Positions 8,591 to 19,229 of a stretch of 63,669 bases of DNA are shown here, in pieces. Made by a program: the position numbers and the translations under genes. The notes below the pieces were generated by a model. The model had not been told where the DNA came from and did not search any database. It worked only from the letters and a program-made list of their open reading frames with translations. The stretch comes from Bacteroidota bacterium. Lineage in GTDB: Bacteria; Bacteroidota; Bacteroidia; UBA8524. The stretch spans positions 1 through 63,669 of the forward strand of contig JAKFCJ010000178.1 of the NCBI GenBank assembly GCA_036676705.1, in the 5' to 3' direction. Numbering within the stretch: the first letter of the stretch is position 1; each line of letters opens with the position of its first letter.

Positions 8591-10412
8591 TTTGTTTTAA
8601 CGTATCAATAAAATTCGTATTCAGCATCCGGTCTTCCAGATACTTCCTTCGCTGCTCCCTTTCCGGAAACAGGTAGCGTTCTATCATTAAACTCGCGATC
8701 GGTGCAGCCCATTGCGATCCATAGCCGGCATTTTCAACGACCACGGCAATGGCGATCTTCGGATTGTCTTTTGGGGCAAAGGCAAAGAAGATGGAGTGAT
8801 CCTTTCCGTGCGGATTTTGGGAAGTACCCGTCTTCCCGCAAACCTCGATCGAATCGATCTGGGCGACCCTGGCTGTACCGCTCTTGACCACATCAGCCAT
8901 CCCTTCAACAACGATCGGGAAATAACGGCCGTCGACCGTAGTATAATGTTTTTCGAATGTCGGGCCGGTCTTGCCCATCACATCCACATACTTCAACACG
9001 TGAGGCGTGATATAATAGCCCCGGTTGGCGATGATGGCCATCACATTTGCCATTTGCAGCGGGGTTACCCCCAACTCTCCCTGGCCAATGGCCATGGAAA
9101 TAATATTCGATCCCTTCCAGGAACCTTTTCCATACAAACGATTAAAATAATCTGCCGGCTTAAGTATCCCTTTTGATTCTCCATAGAGGTCGATACCCAA
9201 TTTTACACCGATCCCGAAGCTTTCGAGGTGTTTGTGCCAATTGTTATAGCTTTCTTCGAAGGTGCTGAATTTTCTTTGGTCGACGATACTTCGGAATACA
9301 TAGCAGAAATAGGGGTTGCACGAATGCATCAAAGCCCCGCGCAGGTCAAGTGGCGAAGGGTGCCGGTGACTGCATTTTACCGTATGGCTTCCTACACGAT
9401 ATCCCATTCCGCAATGATAGCGGGTATCGGGAGTAAGAACGCCCTCCTGCTGTCCGATCAAAGAAGAGATCGCCTTAAAGATCGAGCCTGGTGGATAAGG
9501 TGCACTTAAAGGGCGATTGAACATGGGCTTCAGAGGATCCATCATCAAGGTGCTGAAGTTTTTACCCCTTTCACGGCCTATTAACAAATTCGGGTCATAG
9601 TCGGGAGTGGAGATCAGCGCCAAAATCTCCCCGGTTGAAGGTTCAATGGCCACGACAGATCCGATCTTGCCCTCCATCAGCGATTCTCCATAGGCCTGGA
9701 GCGCCGCATCGAGGGTAACATAGATACTTTGGCCCGCAACCGACTGCGTGTCGTAAGCGCCTTCAAAATAGGGCCCTACGGTACGGTTCCGAACGTCGAC
9801 GATCACATTCTTAACCCCTTTGGTTCCGCGGAGCAGTTCTTCATAGCTCCGTTCTATACCTGAAATACCGATATACTCTCCCTGCCGGTAGTAATGATTG
9901 GAGTTTTCAATGATCTTGGTATTCACCTCCCCGATACTTCCCAATACGTGTCCGGCGCTGCTGGTCTTGTATCTCCTGTCGGTACGTATTTCCATAAAAA
10001 AACCCTGGAACTCAAACAGGTGTTCCTGAAAACCTGCATAGGTGCGGGCTGAAATTTGTTTTTCGAAAACGGAACTGCGGTACGGGTTCTCCATACATTT
10101 TTCCATTTTCGCATGAAAGTCTTCCAGCGTGATCTTTAAAAGCCGGCAAAATTCCAGGGTATCCAGGTTTTTCACCTGCCGCGGCACCACCATGAGGTCG
10201 TAGGTGGCATCGTTGTATACCATCAGGTTTCCATAGCGATCGTAGATCAGGCCCCGCGGTGGGAATTGGATCACCTTCTTTAAAAAATTGTCTTTGGACA
10301 AACTTTTATAGCGGTCGTCGAGAACCTGTATGGAAAACAACTGCACCAGGAAAGCAAGGCCAACCAGGGCGAATAAGCCATAATAAAAATATTGCCTTCC
10401 CTTATTTCCCAT
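8571..10412 (-). CDS. mrdA: Penicillin-binding protein 2 (elongasome transpeptidase)
   Basis: N-terminal TM anchor. Transpeptidase motifs SxxK (GSIFK), SxN (SCN) and KTG (GKTGTS). Confidence 0.9.
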   Translation of the reverse strand: MGNKGRQYFYYGLFALVGLAFLVQLFSIQVLDDRYKSLSKDNFLKKVIQFPPRGLIYDRYGNLMVYNDATYDLMVVPRQVKNLDTLEFCRLLKITLEDFHAKMEKCMENPYRSSVFEKQISARTYAGFQEHLFEFQGFFMEIRTDRRYKTSSAGHVLGSIGEVNTKIIENSNHYYRQGEYIGISGIERSYEELLRGTKGVKNVIVDVRNRTVGPYFEGAYDTQSVAGQSIYVTLDAALQAYGESLMEGKIGSVVAIEPSTGEILALISTPDYDPNLLIGRERGKNFSTLMMDPLKPMFNRPLSAPYPPGSIFKAISSLIGQQEGVLTPDTRYHCGMGYRVGSHTVKCSHRHPSPLDLRGALMHSCNPYFCYVFRSIVDQRKFSTFEESYNNWHKHLESFGIGVKLGIDLYGESKGILKPADYFNRLYGKGSWKGSNIISMAIGQGELGVTPLQMANVMAIIANRGYYITPHVLKYVDVMGKTGPTFEKHYTTVDGRYFPIVVEGMADVVKSGTARVAQIDSIEVCGKTGTSQNPHGKDHSIFFAFAPKDNPKIAIAVVVENAGYGSQWAAPIASLMIERYLFPEREQRRKYLEDRMLNTNFIDTLKQNEPVPH

Positions 10413-10966
10413 TATTGCTTCGTTTTAGTACGGTAAAACAAGATCTGGAACAATAAAATTAAGCCAAGGGAAACAGTTCCGCTTAACAATGCGGAAAGGA
10501 TATTTTCCGGGATATAACGAAAGCTAAAACTTTCAATAAAGGCGTAAACCAAATGGTACACGCTCACCATCACTGCCGAATAAATAATAAACCAGCGGTA
10601 ACCAACGGTACTCAGTCCGGGTTCAACCCCCGATTCAAAAATATCGATACGTGCAAAAGACCGTACATAGTAGATCCTTGCATAACTCATGATCAACAGG
10701 GCCGTGCTGTTAAATCCCGCTGAATTGTTGAACATATCGAGCAATATTCCACCTGCAAATCCGATCAATAAAGTGGGTACCGGTTTTAAATCGATAGGCA
10801 GGGTGAGGAAAAACAGCAGCAGGATATTCGGCTGGATGAGCGGGTTTATATTCAGCTTGCCCACGATAAAAACCTGCAGAAGCAATAAGAAAATAAAGAT
10901 GAGCACCTTTTGAATGTAGTTAATCATTCCGGTCATCCTCCTTTCTCGTGGCTTCTTCAAGCTCAT
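10412..10966 (-). CDS. mreD: Rod shape-determining protein MreD
   Basis: Small polytopic membrane protein between mreC and mrdA, with a TAATG overlap with mrdA. The true start may be an internal Met (10936 or 10927). Confidence 0.75.
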   Translation of the reverse strand: MSLKKPRERRMTGMINYIQKVLIFIFLLLLQVFIVGKLNINPLIQPNILLLFFLTLPIDLKPVPTLLIGFAGGILLDMFNNSAGFNSTALLIMSYARIYYVRSFARIDIFESGVEPGLSTVGYRWFIIYSAVMVSVYHLVYAFIESFSFRYIPENILSALLSGTVSLGLILLFQILFYRTKTKQ

Positions 10967-11765
10967 GTACTTCGGCCTTGAACAGGTTTTGTACGATATA
11001 AACCGAGTGCAGTGCCGTAAAATCCGTTGAAAGTTTTACTTCGATATCGTAAAAATTACTGCCGTCTTTCAGGTTGACCGATTCGATCTGCCCGATCTTA
11101 ATATTTTCAGGATAATGTTCTGAATAGCCGGAGGTATAAACGAGCTGTCCGACTTTTACAGGAGCAAATCGGTTGATATCGGTCAGTTGGGCGTAGGAGA
11201 ACGAATTCCCGTCCCATTTAACGGAGCCAAAATACATGAGGGTATCGACCTTAGGAGGAATATTCGTTTTTCTGTTCAGGAGGCTCATAACCGTACAGAA
11301 ACGCTCTGAAACCTTGACGACTACCCCAACAACACCCTGGTCACAGATAACTCCGTCGTTTTTTTGCACGCCATGCATACGCCCCCGGTTAAGGGTGATG
11401 TAGTTGTATTTTTTATCAACGGAATTATTGATGACCTGCGCATCGATATACTGGTAGTGCTGTTTATACACGGTGTCGTCAACCGAAATGGCTGTAACGG
11501 TATCGACATAATAGGCATCCCTCATCCGCGATTTGAGTTCGGCATTCTCCTGCAATAAAGCCTCATTTTCGGCTTTCAGGTGAAAATAATTCCTGACCTC
11601 ACTAACGAGCGTATACATTTCACCGGTCACTGCGTTCGACGTATTGATGAAAGCCGAACGCTGATACAGGTTATTGCTGATCAGAATAAACACGGAAAGG
11701 GACAGAAGCAGTAGGAAAAAAAAGAATACGTAAAAGCGCTGTATAAATAAGAATAGGTTATGCAT
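10920..11765 (-). CDS. mreC: Rod shape-determining protein MreC
   Basis: N-terminal TM helix, a coiled-coil (LKAENEALLQENAELK), then a beta-rich periplasmic domain. Position is between mreB and mreD. Confidence 0.85.
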   Translation of the reverse strand: MHNLFLFIQRFYVFFFFLLLLSLSVFILISNNLYQRSAFINTSNAVTGEMYTLVSEVRNYFHLKAENEALLQENAELKSRMRDAYYVDTVTAISVDDTVYKQHYQYIDAQVINNSVDKKYNYITLNRGRMHGVQKNDGVICDQGVVGVVVKVSERFCTVMSLLNRKTNIPPKVDTLMYFGSVKWDGNSFSYAQLTDINRFAPVKVGQLVYTSGYSEHYPENIKIGQIESVNLKDGSNFYDIEVKLSTDFTALHSVYIVQNLFKAEVHELEEATRKEDDRND

Positions 11766-11777
11766 GCGCCATTATTC

Positions 11778-12800
11778 TCATGTCATCAGGAATTTGAAAT
11801 TATGGATATTCTTCAACGCAATACCGGTACCGCGAACAACTGCTCTGAGTGGATCGTCGGCAACATAAACAGGTAATTTCGTTTTGGCAGAAATCCGTTT
11901 ATCCAATCCGCGAAGCAAGGCTCCACCACCGGTAAGGTACAATCCGGTCTGGTAGATATCCGCAGAAAGTTCGGGGGGGGTCAGCTCCAGGGCGCGTAAG
12001 ATCGCCTCTTCTATTTTGGAGATGGATTTATCCAGGGCCAGCGCAATTTCCGAGTAAGAAACAGTGATCTGTTTCGGAATACCCGTCATCAGGTCACGTC
12101 CGTTAACGGCATAATCTTCAGGCGGACTATCCAGTTCAGGTAAGGCGGCACCCACTTCGATCTTTATCCGTTCGGCTGAACGTTCACCGATCAACAGGTT
12201 ATGCTGACGGCGCATGTATTCGAGAATATCTAAGGTAAACTCATCCCCGGCAACCCGAATGGATTCATCGCAAACGATACCACCCAGGGCAATAACGGCA
12301 ATCTCGGTAGTACCACCACCGATATCGATGATCATATTCCCCATGGGCTCGCTTACATCGATGCCGATACCGATGGCTGCTGCCATGGGTTCGTGGATCA
12401 GGTAGACTTCTTTGGAACCTGCTCTTTCAGCCGAGTCGCGAACGGCTCTTTTTTCCACTTCGGTGATACCTGACGGAATACAAATAACCATGCGCAATTG
12501 AGGAGAAAACAAGCGTTTACCCGGGTTGATCATACGGATCATGCCACGGATCATTTGTTCGGCTGCGTTAAAATCAGCAATTACACCATCTTTTAAGGGA
12601 CGAATGGTTTTGATATCTTCATGCACTTTTCCGTGCATCTGCATAGCCTGGTGACCAATGGCAATAACCTGGTTGGTGGTCCGGTTGATGGCAATAATGG
12701 AGGGTTGATCCACCACTACTTTATCTTTATGGATGATTAGGGTATTGGCAGTACCCAGGTCGATTGCCAGCTCTTGCACTAAAAAATTGAAAATTCCCAT
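11778..12800 (-). CDS. mreB: Rod shape-determining actin homologue MreB
   Basis: IDLGTANTLI, DIGGGTTEIAV and YLTGGGALLRGLD actin-fold motifs; 340 aa. Confidence 0.95.
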   Translation of the reverse strand: MGIFNFLVQELAIDLGTANTLIIHKDKVVVDQPSIIAINRTTNQVIAIGHQAMQMHGKVHEDIKTIRPLKDGVIADFNAAEQMIRGMIRMINPGKRLFSPQLRMVICIPSGITEVEKRAVRDSAERAGSKEVYLIHEPMAAAIGIGIDVSEPMGNMIIDIGGGTTEIAVIALGGIVCDESIRVAGDEFTLDILEYMRRQHNLLIGERSAERIKIEVGAALPELDSPPEDYAVNGRDLMTGIPKQITVSYSEIALALDKSISKIEEAILRALELTPPELSADIYQTGLYLTGGGALLRGLDKRISAKTKLPVYVADDPLRAVVRGTGIALKNIHNFKFLMT

Positions 12801-12945
12801 TATCCGTTCGCCAAAATTGTTGACTTCTTCCTTATTTTCCGCAAAATACCAATAGTTTACAGACTAATTCCATTGCTCCCTCATTTTTTTTCAGGATTTC
12901 AAAGGAATTCTCTTAAACCGCAACCTTCTGGGTATAATGAAGGAC

Positions 12946-14448
12946 TTAATGTTTAAAGTGACGTTGACCGGTAATCACCATTACGAGGCCGTTTTGTTTG
13001 CAATAATCGATCGAATCCTGATCGCGTATGGATCCTCCGGGTTGAATAAAGCCGGCAATTCCTTCTACATGGCCAAGTTTTACACAATCATCAAAAGGGA
13101 AAAACGCATCAGATGCCATAACAGCCCCATCCAGATCAAAATTGAACTGTTTGGCTTTTTCAATAGCCTGGCGGAGCGCATCGATCCTGCTGGTTTGTCC
13201 GCAGCCTTTTCCAACCAATTGTTTGTTTTTCACCAAAACAATCGCGTTTGATTTCAAATGTTTACACACCAGGTTGGCAAATTCCAGATCGGCCTTTTGT
13301 GCCGGAGAAGACTGTACAGCACCCTCTTCCTTCCATACCTGGAAATTACCCATGTCACTTTGTTGAACGAGCGTGCCGTTTAACATGGACCGGTAGTTCA
13401 ATCCTTGCGGGATCGGTGCTTTTTGTTTTAGCAGGATGCGGTTCTTTTTCGTTTTGAGTAATTCAAAAGCCGCCTCCTCGTAATCCGGGGTGATCAATAC
13501 TTCAAAAAAGATCTCGTTAATGGCCTGGGCAGTAGCCAGATCGATGCGCCGGTTCGTAATCAGGACCCCGCCGAAAGCCGATTCCGGATCGCCGGCCAGG
13601 GCCGCATCCCAACTGGATTTTACATCTGCACCCAGGGCCACTCCGCATACGTTGGTATGTTTGATAATAGCAAAACAGGGGGCGCTGAATTCAGCCATCA
13701 GTTGCATGGCGGCGTCTACGTCTACCAGATTGTTATAAGAAAGCTCCTTACCATTCAACTGATCAAAAAGTTCGTCCGTATCCCCATAAAAATCGGAAGC
13801 CTGGTGCGGATTTTCGCCGTAGCGCAGGCTGCGTTTTTCACGCAGGGGACGAAACACATTGCCATTAAAATAGTTATTGATGGCAATATCATAATTCATT
13901 ACCACCTCAAAAGCCCTGGCAGCAAACATTCTGCGCTGTTCCAGGGTAGTATTTCCGTTTTGTGCCTGGAGCAGGGCCAATAAGGCAGGATATTCGTTTT
14001 TATCGGCAAGGACGGTCAGATCGCGGAAATTTTTCGCTGCTGCCCGGATCATGGAAGGGCCGCCAATGTCGATCTTTTCGATGATTGACGCTTCCTCGCT
14101 GGTATTTTTAAGGGTTTCTTCAAAAGGATACAGATCCACAATAACCAGATCGATCTCCGGGATCTTAAACTCCTTCATTTCGCTCAGGTCGCTGTCAACG
14201 TATCTTCTCCCTAAGATCCCGCCGAATATGGAAGGATGCAGGGTTTTTACCCGGCCTCCGAGTATGGAAGGATAACCCGTCACCGTTTCTACCGCAACAC
14301 AGGGAATACCCGATTTTTCCAAATGTGCCTGGGTACCACCTGTTGAATAAATGGTAACTCCCTGTTTGTTGAGTTCCAGGGCAATTTCATCGAGTCCATC
14401 TTTATAGAAAACCGAGATCAGTGCAGACTTGATTAATTTTTCGTTCAT
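12946..14448 (-). CDS. purH: Bifunctional AICAR transformylase / IMP cyclohydrolase
   Basis: ALISVFYKDGL...YSTGGT N-domain and a C-terminal IQPGGSIRD...GQRHFKH. The start was chosen at MNEK (14448), which forms an ATGA overlap with the rnc stop. Confidence 0.93.
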   Translation of the reverse strand: MNEKLIKSALISVFYKDGLDEIALELNKQGVTIYSTGGTQAHLEKSGIPCVAVETVTGYPSILGGRVKTLHPSIFGGILGRRYVDSDLSEMKEFKIPEIDLVIVDLYPFEETLKNTSEEASIIEKIDIGGPSMIRAAAKNFRDLTVLADKNEYPALLALLQAQNGNTTLEQRRMFAARAFEVVMNYDIAINNYFNGNVFRPLREKRSLRYGENPHQASDFYGDTDELFDQLNGKELSYNNLVDVDAAMQLMAEFSAPCFAIIKHTNVCGVALGADVKSSWDAALAGDPESAFGGVLITNRRIDLATAQAINEIFFEVLITPDYEEAAFELLKTKKNRILLKQKAPIPQGLNYRSMLNGTLVQQSDMGNFQVWKEEGAVQSSPAQKADLEFANLVCKHLKSNAIVLVKNKQLVGKGCGQTSRIDALRQAIEKAKQFNFDLDGAVMASDAFFPFDDCVKLGHVEGIAGFIQPGGSIRDQDSIDYCKQNGLVMVITGQRHFKH

Positions 14449-15197
14449 GATGCTATTATTTGCAGGTGAATGCAAGCTATTCGGGCAGCTTCCTGCTCTG
14501 CCTTCTTCTTTGAAAACTCTTCGCCTCTACCCAATTCCAGGCCATCAATTTTAACGCTCATCACATAAATTTTTGAGCGTCCTTTAATTTTTTCTTCAGC
14601 CAGGTCAAAAGTGATCTCCTTCTTCATTTTTTGCGACCACTCGATAAGCCGGCTTTTAAAATTCACCTCCAGCAACGCGAGCTCGTGTATATCCAGGTAA
14701 TTTTTTAATACCCGTTTCAGGATATAATCACGGGTAAAGGTATAGCCTTTATCGAGGTAAATGGCCCCGAGCAAAGCCTCCAGGGCATTCCCGCTCAGGG
14801 AGCGCATTACCTGTTTGTTGTTGCCAAGTCCTTTTCCGTATTGGATCAATTCATCCAAACCCATCTTTACGGCAAGATCTCCCAACATGGCCCGGCTCAC
14901 TATTTTCGCCCGGGTTTCTGTTAAAAATCCCTCGCCTTTATTCGGGTAGGACAAAAATAAGACCTCGGCCACGACCAGGTCGAGCACGGCATCCCCGAGG
15001 TATTCGAGCCTTTCATTGCTCAATACACCTTCTTCATCCGGGAATTTTTGGTTCACGTATGAATTGTGCCGAAAAGCCTGTTCATAGAGCGCAAAATTAC
15101 CGGGACGAAATCCCAATAACTGAGGCAGATCTTTTAGTTTCGGGTTTGTAGATTTCCTGCTTCTTCCAAATAGCCGATTCAGGATAGCCGATTTCAA
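14445..15197 (-). CDS. rnc: Ribonuclease III
   Basis: RNase III signature NERLEYLGDAVLDL and a C-terminal dsRNA-binding domain (KKKAEQEAA). Confidence 0.9.
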   Translation of the reverse strand: MKSAILNRLFGRSRKSTNPKLKDLPQLLGFRPGNFALYEQAFRHNSYVNQKFPDEEGVLSNERLEYLGDAVLDLVVAEVLFLSYPNKGEGFLTETRAKIVSRAMLGDLAVKMGLDELIQYGKGLGNNKQVMRSLSGNALEALLGAIYLDKGYTFTRDYILKRVLKNYLDIHELALLEVNFKSRLIEWSQKMKKEITFDLAEEKIKGRSKIYVMSVKIDGLELGRGEEFSKKKAEQEAARIACIHLQIIAS

Positions 15198-15208
15198 TCG
15201 TTTCGGGC

Positions 15209-16459
15209 TTAATCGATTTTTTTGAAAATTACAGACACGTTATGGCCGCCGAAGCCGAATGTGTTGCTTAATACGGCGTTCACTTCCCGTTTCTGGGCTT
15301 TGTTGAACGTGAAATTAAGTTTCGGATCGAATTCAGGATCATCTGTAAAATGATTGATCGTTGGCGGGATCATTTGGTTTTGTATGGCCAAAATTCCTGC
15401 AAGCGCTTCAACCGCTCCTGCTGCCCCCAAAAGGTGACCGGTCATGGATTTGGTTGAACTTATATTCAGGTTATAGGCATGCTGTCCGAAAACTGACAGG
15501 ATCGCTTTAGACTCACTGATATCACCCAAAGGGGTCGATGTACCGTGAACATTAACATAATCGATATCCTCAGGCTTCATACCCGCATCAGCGAGTGCAT
15601 TCCGCATTACCGTGGTAGCGCCTAAGCCGTCAGGATGCGGCGCAGTAATGTGGTAGGCATCGGCAGATAATCCGCCACCTACGATCTCCGCATAGATTTT
15701 AGCTCCTCTTGCTTTGGCATGTTCGTATTCTTCCAGTACCAGGGCGGCTGCTCCTTCTCCAAGCACAAATCCGTCACGGTCCAGGTCAAAAGGACGTGAG
15801 GCTGTGGCGAAGTCGTCGTTTCGTTCGGATAAAGCTTTCATGGCATTGAAACCGCCCATGGCAGCCTCATTCACACAAGCTTCAGAGCCGCCGGTTACGA
15901 AGGCCGTAGCCATTCCTAACCGGATGTAGTTGAAAGCGTCGACGATCGCGTTATTGGAAGATGCACAAGCCGAAACGGTCGTGAAATTGGGACCTCTAAA
16001 TCCGTATTTGATCGAAATATGGCCACCGGCAATATCCGAAATCATTTTGGGAATAAAGAAAGGATTAAAACGGGGTGTACCATCACCCCTGGCAAATTCA
16101 ATGGCCTCGTCGAGGAAACTTCTTAAGCCTCCGATGCCCGAGCCCCAAATTACACCTACGCGGTTTTGGTCAATTCCTTCGCCGTTTATTCCTGAATCAG
16201 CCACAGCCTCATCCGCCACAACAACGGCATACTGGGTATAAGGATCCATTTTCCGCGCTTCCTTCTTATCGATGAAATTAAGCGGATCAAAATTCTTTAC
16301 CTCACAGGCGAACTTCGTGCGGAACTTGCTCGCATCGAACTTGGTAATAAGATTGGCGCCACTTACACCATTAGAGAGGCCATTCCAGTATTCTGAAACA
16401 GTGTTCCCTATTGGTGTAAGCGCACCTAAACCAGTAACAACAACTCTTTTAAGTTGCAT
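15209..16459 (-). CDS. fabF: 3-oxoacyl-ACP synthase II
   Basis: Active-site VSACASS, HGTSTPLGD and GHLLGAAG motifs. Lies immediately downstream of acpP. Confidence 0.95.
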   Translation of the reverse strand: MQLKRVVVTGLGALTPIGNTVSEYWNGLSNGVSGANLITKFDASKFRTKFACEVKNFDPLNFIDKKEARKMDPYTQYAVVVADEAVADSGINGEGIDQNRVGVIWGSGIGGLRSFLDEAIEFARGDGTPRFNPFFIPKMISDIAGGHISIKYGFRGPNFTTVSACASSNNAIVDAFNYIRLGMATAFVTGGSEACVNEAAMGGFNAMKALSERNDDFATASRPFDLDRDGFVLGEGAAALVLEEYEHAKARGAKIYAEIVGGGLSADAYHITAPHPDGLGATTVMRNALADAGMKPEDIDYVNVHGTSTPLGDISESKAILSVFGQHAYNLNISSTKSMTGHLLGAAGAVEALAGILAIQNQMIPPTINHFTDDPEFDPKLNFTFNKAQKREVNAVLSNTFGFGGHNVSVIFKKID

Positions 16460-16472
16460 ACAGGAATCTTAA

Positions 16473-16709
16473 TTACTTAGCGTTTTGTTCGATATAAGAA
16501 ACTGCCTGACCAACAGTGCCGATTTTCTCAGCTTGGTCATCAGGAATAGCGATGTTAAATTCCTTTTCGAATTCCATAATCAGTTCAACGGTGTCCAACG
16601 AGTCAGCTCCCAAATCATTGGTGAAGCTAGCTTCCTGGGTTACTTCGCTTTCTTCAACACCGAGTTTATCGATGATGATGGACTTTACTCTAGATGCAAT
16701 ATCAGACAT
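16473..16709 (-). CDS. acpP: Acyl carrier protein
   Basis: 78 aa with [17 protein letters not shown], the phosphopantetheine-attachment Ser. Confidence 0.95.
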   Translation of the reverse strand: MSDIASRVKSIIIDKLGVEESEVTQEASFTNDLGADSLDTVELIMEFEKEFNIAIPDDQAEKIGTVGQAVSYIEQNAK

Positions 16710-16817
16710 TTCTTCGGTTTTTTATTGGGTGCAAATAACAAACTTTTACGCTGAAATCGCAAACAAAAAGTTTTCGCCGCGATTCACCTAACTTGCACCT
16801 GCGTTAAGAACAGCGCA

Positions 16818-17240
16818 GTGAAAAAGACTCTCCTTGCATTCGAACCCGACTACGATTTTAAGCTGATCGCCATTGTTAGTGCGCTTCCGGCCCATACGCT
16901 CTGCTGGTGGCTGGAGAAAAAATTCAGGATTCCTTTACGCAGAGGTGAAGAATTGGTGCTTAATTCGAAACGTGGAGCTCCGGAAAGTTTTTTTCAGGTA
17001 TTTTTTAACCTGAATGAAGAAGAAACTTACCAACGATGGACCCTTTTCGGGAACAAATCGGGTAACGGATTCCTGGTAAGCGAACAAAAAATGGTGGATT
17101 ACTATTTAAAATTGGAAGGGGATTTCGAACGAACCGATTACCTGGGAATACTCAATACCATGAAAGAGATCCCGGAGATCGTCCACTTTTTTGATGTGAA
17201 ACCTGAACAACTAAAATCAAAAGCAAATTTAGTCCTGTGA
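16818..17240 (+). CDS. Conserved hypothetical protein, probably IPExxxVDY family
   Basis: 140 aa with a GTG start. VSEQKMVDY matches the (I/V)(P/S)ExxxVDY family motif as I recall it. The stop overlaps the pyk start (GTGA). Confidence 0.5.
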   Translation: MKKTLLAFEPDYDFKLIAIVSALPAHTLCWWLEKKFRIPLRRGEELVLNSKRGAPESFFQVFFNLNEEETYQRWTLFGNKSGNGFLVSEQKMVDYYLKLEGDFERTDYLGILNTMKEIPEIVHFFDVKPEQLKSKANLVL

Positions 17241-18673
17241 GTTACAAAACGAATTTTAACAAAACCAAAATTGTGGCCACCATTGGCCCGGCTACTTCAT
17301 CCTACGAAAACCTGAAAGAAATTATTTATGCCGGAGTGGATGTGTGCCGGATAAATGGTTCGCACGGCAACCATGAGGATCATATCCTGGTTATTGAAAA
17401 TGTCAAACGGATAAATGCCGAATTGCGCTCCAATATATGTATCCTGTTTGACCTCCAGGGCCCAAAGCTCCGGATAGGAATGGTGGAAAATAACGCCATT
17501 GAACTGGTCGTCGGGCAAACCATTTTATTGAGTTCGCAAGAATGCCTGGGTACACCACAGCGTATTTTTGTGAGCTATGAAAAACTTGCCCAGGACGTAA
17601 AACCGGGTGAACGGGTGCTGCTTGACGACGGGAAGCTCGAATTGGTTTTTGAAGAGATCGTTGACGAACATACCGTAAAGGCCCGCATTATTCATGGTGG
17701 TATCCTCTCATCGAAAAAAGGATTTAATCTGCCAAATTCATCCCTCAGTACCGCTGCACTAACGGAAAAAGACCTTTTCGATCTGGAATTTGCCCTTCAG
17801 AATGAAGTGGAATGGATCGGCTTATCCTTCGTTCGGAAAGCAGAAGATATTCAGATGCTCAGGAAATTGATCCAGGACCAGGGGGCCAATGCACGCATCA
17901 TTGCAAAAATTGAAAAACCGGAAGCCATCAAAAATATAGACGCCATTATCGCCGAAACAGATGGCGTAATGGTAGCCCGCGGGGATCTCGGAGTAGAGCT
18001 TCCAATGGAGGAAGTGCCTATCATCCAGAAAGAAATTGTAAAAAAATGCATCGCGGCAAGTAAACCCGTTATCATCGCTACCCAAATGATGGAAAGTATG
18101 ATACAGAACCCAACACCCACACGCGCCGAGGCAAACGACGTAGCGAATGCGGTGCTTGATGGTGCCGACGCGGTTATGTTGAGTGCAGAAACATCGGTGG
18201 GTGCCTATCCGCTTTTGGTTGTGAAGGCTATGGAACGTATTGTCAGGAATGTCGAGGCCAGAGGGGATGTGTACAACAAAGGGCAAAGGCCGGGCGAAGG
18301 CTCTGAAACCTTTCTTTCTGATGAGGTATGTTTTACAGCTGTGAGAATGTCGGCCCATCTCAATGCCAAGGCGATCGTTTCCATGACCCGTTCGGGATAT
18401 ACCGGTTATAAAATTGCCAGCTTCCGGCCCAAAGCAAACCTGTTCATCTTTACCAATAACCTGCCTCTTTTAAATACACTGAACCTGGTATGGAGCGTAA
18501 GGGGCTTTTTTTATGACAAATATTCCTCTACCGACGAAACCTTTAATGACGTGATCGATATCCTCCGGGAAAATAATTTTGTTATGAAGGATGATATTGT
18601 GGTTCACACCGCGAGCATGCCTATCCATGAAAAATCCAGAACCAATGCCATCAAAATTTCTACCGTGAAATGA
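17237..18673 (+). CDS. pyk: Pyruvate kinase
   Basis: TKIVATIGPA, RINGSHG and MVARGDLGVELP motifs; 478 aa. Confidence 0.95.
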   Translation: MSYKTNFNKTKIVATIGPATSSYENLKEIIYAGVDVCRINGSHGNHEDHILVIENVKRINAELRSNICILFDLQGPKLRIGMVENNAIELVVGQTILLSSQECLGTPQRIFVSYEKLAQDVKPGERVLLDDGKLELVFEEIVDEHTVKARIIHGGILSSKKGFNLPNSSLSTAALTEKDLFDLEFALQNEVEWIGLSFVRKAEDIQMLRKLIQDQGANARIIAKIEKPEAIKNIDAIIAETDGVMVARGDLGVELPMEEVPIIQKEIVKKCIAASKPVIIATQMMESMIQNPTPTRAEANDVANAVLDGADAVMLSAETSVGAYPLLVVKAMERIVRNVEARGDVYNKGQRPGEGSETFLSDEVCFTAVRMSAHLNAKAIVSMTRSGYTGYKIASFRPKANLFIFTNNLPLLNTLNLVWSVRGFFYDKYSSTDETFNDVIDILRENNFVMKDDIVVHTASMPIHEKSRTNAIKISTVK

Positions 18674-18710
18674 TGACAGCACGTAAATTTGGAGCAGCCT
18701 TTGTAGCTGG

Positions 18711-19229
18711 ATGAAAGAAATGTCGAACGAAATAGTCAATCGCGTAGCGAGCAGTCCGATCGTAACCCTGAATCTCGAAGATCTTTATCTTGAGGGAGAA
18801 CGGGTAGTCCTGGATATAAAAGACCAGCTTTTTATGGGCCTGATATTGCGTGAAAAGGACTTTCGTGAGTTTATTAAAACCCATGACTGGAACCTTTACC
18901 GGAACAAATTCGTGGCCGTAACCTGCTCTGTTGATGCCATTATCCCTACCTGGGCCTATATGCTCGTGGCCCAGAAACTGGAACCCGTAGCCAAAGCTTT
19001 TGTGTTTGGTGACCTGGGCGCTTTGGAAAATTACCTTTTTCAGCAACAGCTCAATTCACTTGATATTCAGTCCTATATAGATAAGCCCGTAGTCGTCAAA
19101 GGCTGTTTCGACAAGCCTGTGCCCGTAAGTGCCTATATGGAAATTACCCGCATCCTGGCTCCGCATGTGAAAAGCCTGATGTACGGAGAACCCTGTTCCA
19201 CCGTGCCTATTTTCAAGAAGAAAGTTTAG
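18711..19229 (+). CDS. Conserved hypothetical protein (DUF2480-like)
   Basis: 172 aa. LREKDFREF...VAVTCSVDAIIPTWAYML resembles the Bacteroidota DUF2480 family as I recall it. Its 3' end overlaps the convergent ftcD by 17 nt. Confidence 0.45.
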   Translation: MKEMSNEIVNRVASSPIVTLNLEDLYLEGERVVLDIKDQLFMGLILREKDFREFIKTHDWNLYRNKFVAVTCSVDAIIPTWAYMLVAQKLEPVAKAFVFGDLGALENYLFQQQLNSLDIQSYIDKPVVVKGCFDKPVPVSAYMEITRILAPHVKSLMYGEPCSTVPIFKKKV